This document shows, piece after piece, positions 37,721 through 38,973 of a DNA stretch of 38,973 nt (position 1 is the first letter of the stretch; each line of letters begins with the position of its first letter). The notes under the pieces are model-generated. The model had not been told where the DNA came from. It worked only from the letters and a program-made list of their open reading frames with translations, and ran no database searches. This DNA is from Vicugna vicugna (taxonomy: Eukaryota), in assembly GCA_013265495.1 (NCBI GenBank), contig MU058802.1, positions 128,724 to 167,696 of the forward strand, written 5' to 3'. A program made the position numbers and the translations under genes.

Positions 37721-38973
37721 TTATTTTTTCATTCAGTTTTATTGAGATAAGAGTGCCATACAGCACTGTGTAAGTTTAAGGTATATAGCAAATGATTTGA
37801 CTTACATACATCATGAAATGAATACACAATAAGTTTAGTGGATATCCATCATCTCAGAGATACAAAATTAAAGAAGAAGAAAAAAATTTTTCCTTGTGAT
37901 GAGAACTTTCAGGATTTGCTCTCTTAACTTTTATAAATAGCATACAGTCATGTTAATTATATTTACTGTGTTGAACACTACTTCCCTAGTATCTATTTAT
38001 CTTATAAGTGTAACTTTATACCTTTTGACTGCCTTCACCCAATTCCTCCTCCTCTCACCTTTCACTTCTTGTAAACCCCAATCTGATCTCTCTTCCTGTG
38101 AGCTTGTTTGTTTTGAAGTATAATTGACCAAAACTCTATGTTAGTTCCATTATACAACATAACGATTTGATATTTCTATACATTTCAAAATCCTCACCAC
38201 TATCAGTATAGTTACCATCTGTCACCAAAGATGTTACATAACTATTGACTATATTCATATCCATGATTCATCTATTTTGCAACTGATAATTTGTACCTCT
38301 TAATCTCCTTCACCTACTTCTCTCCTCCCCAACCCTCTTCCCTCTGGCAACAACCTGTTTGTTTTATAACTCTGTTTCTGTTTTGCTATGTTTGTTCATT
38401 TGTTTTGTTTCATTTTTAGATTCTATGTATAAGTGAACTCATACAGTATTTGCCTTTCTCTGTCTGACTTATTTCACTTAGCATAATACCCTCTATGTCC
38501 ATCATGATGTTGCAAATGGCAAGATTTCCTTCTTTTTTTATTGACTAATATTGCATTATATATGTACATATGTATATATATGCCACAATTTATTTCTTCA
38601 TCTACTGATGAGCACTTGGGTTGCTTCAATATCTTGACTATTGTAAATAAATAATGCTGCAATGATCATAGGGGTGCATATATCTTTTCAAATTAGTGTT
38701 TTTGTTTTCTTTGGATAAATACCCATGAGTGCAATTACTGAATCACATGGTCTATTTTTGTTTTTTTGAGGAAATTTGCTACACCAATTTACATCCCTAT
38801 GAACAGTGTACAAGGATTCCCTTTTCTCCATATCCTCACCAACACTTGATATTTGTTGTCTTTTTGATAATAGCCATTCTGACGCACTGTGAGAAGATAT
38901 ACTATTGTGGTTTTGATTTGCATTTTTCTGATGATTAGCAATGTTGAGCATCTTTTCATGTTCCTTTTGGCCA
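37721..38973 (-). mobile_element. LINE-1 3' end (L1MA9-like or laurasiatherian), running off the window
   Basis: T-rich tail at ~37721; minus-strand ORFs 38474-38662 and 38688-38951 are frameshifted ORF2 C-terminal pieces (LFTIVKILKQPKCSS, IALMGIYPK). Confidence 0.92.

Noticed and set aside
1..38973. Prokaryotic-type systems (CRISPR, operons, defence loci)
   Set aside because: No long ORFs and no regularly spaced repeats; the sequence is mammalian and repeat-rich

Overview
Mammalian genomic DNA, AT-rich, intergenic or deep-intronic. I recognise no protein-coding gene, RNA gene, CRISPR array or prokaryotic system. The ORF track is explained by LINE-1 ORF2 remnants, an ERVL pol remnant and chance ORFs. 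Much of the window is interspersed repeat: young and old L1 fragments, L2, MIR, MaLR (MLT1) LTRs including an LTR-internal-LTR structure at 1-2190, two solo LTRs with exact target-site duplications (TSDs), ERVL-type internal fragments and a MER53-like end. The 3' tail of the youngest L1 and the lack of young SINEs suggest a camelid (inference from remembered consensus sequences). The most unusual structure is a TSD-bounded insertion at 11119-12457. In it, an L1 ORF2/3'UTR fragment is fused to about 285 bp of non-L1, 3'UTR-like sequence that has its own AATAAA and A-tail, i.e. a likely L1-mRNA chimera or atypical transduction. Other leads: two in-frame candidate exons at 17940-18742, a CpG-retaining AT-rich block near 22.0-22.7 kb, back-to-back LTRs near 28.1-29.2 kb, an RFX X-box at 2960, and a possible twin-priming inversion near 14.9 kb. 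Repeat family names are from memory and need RepeatMasker/Dfam confirmation. Boundaries without a TSD are approximate.
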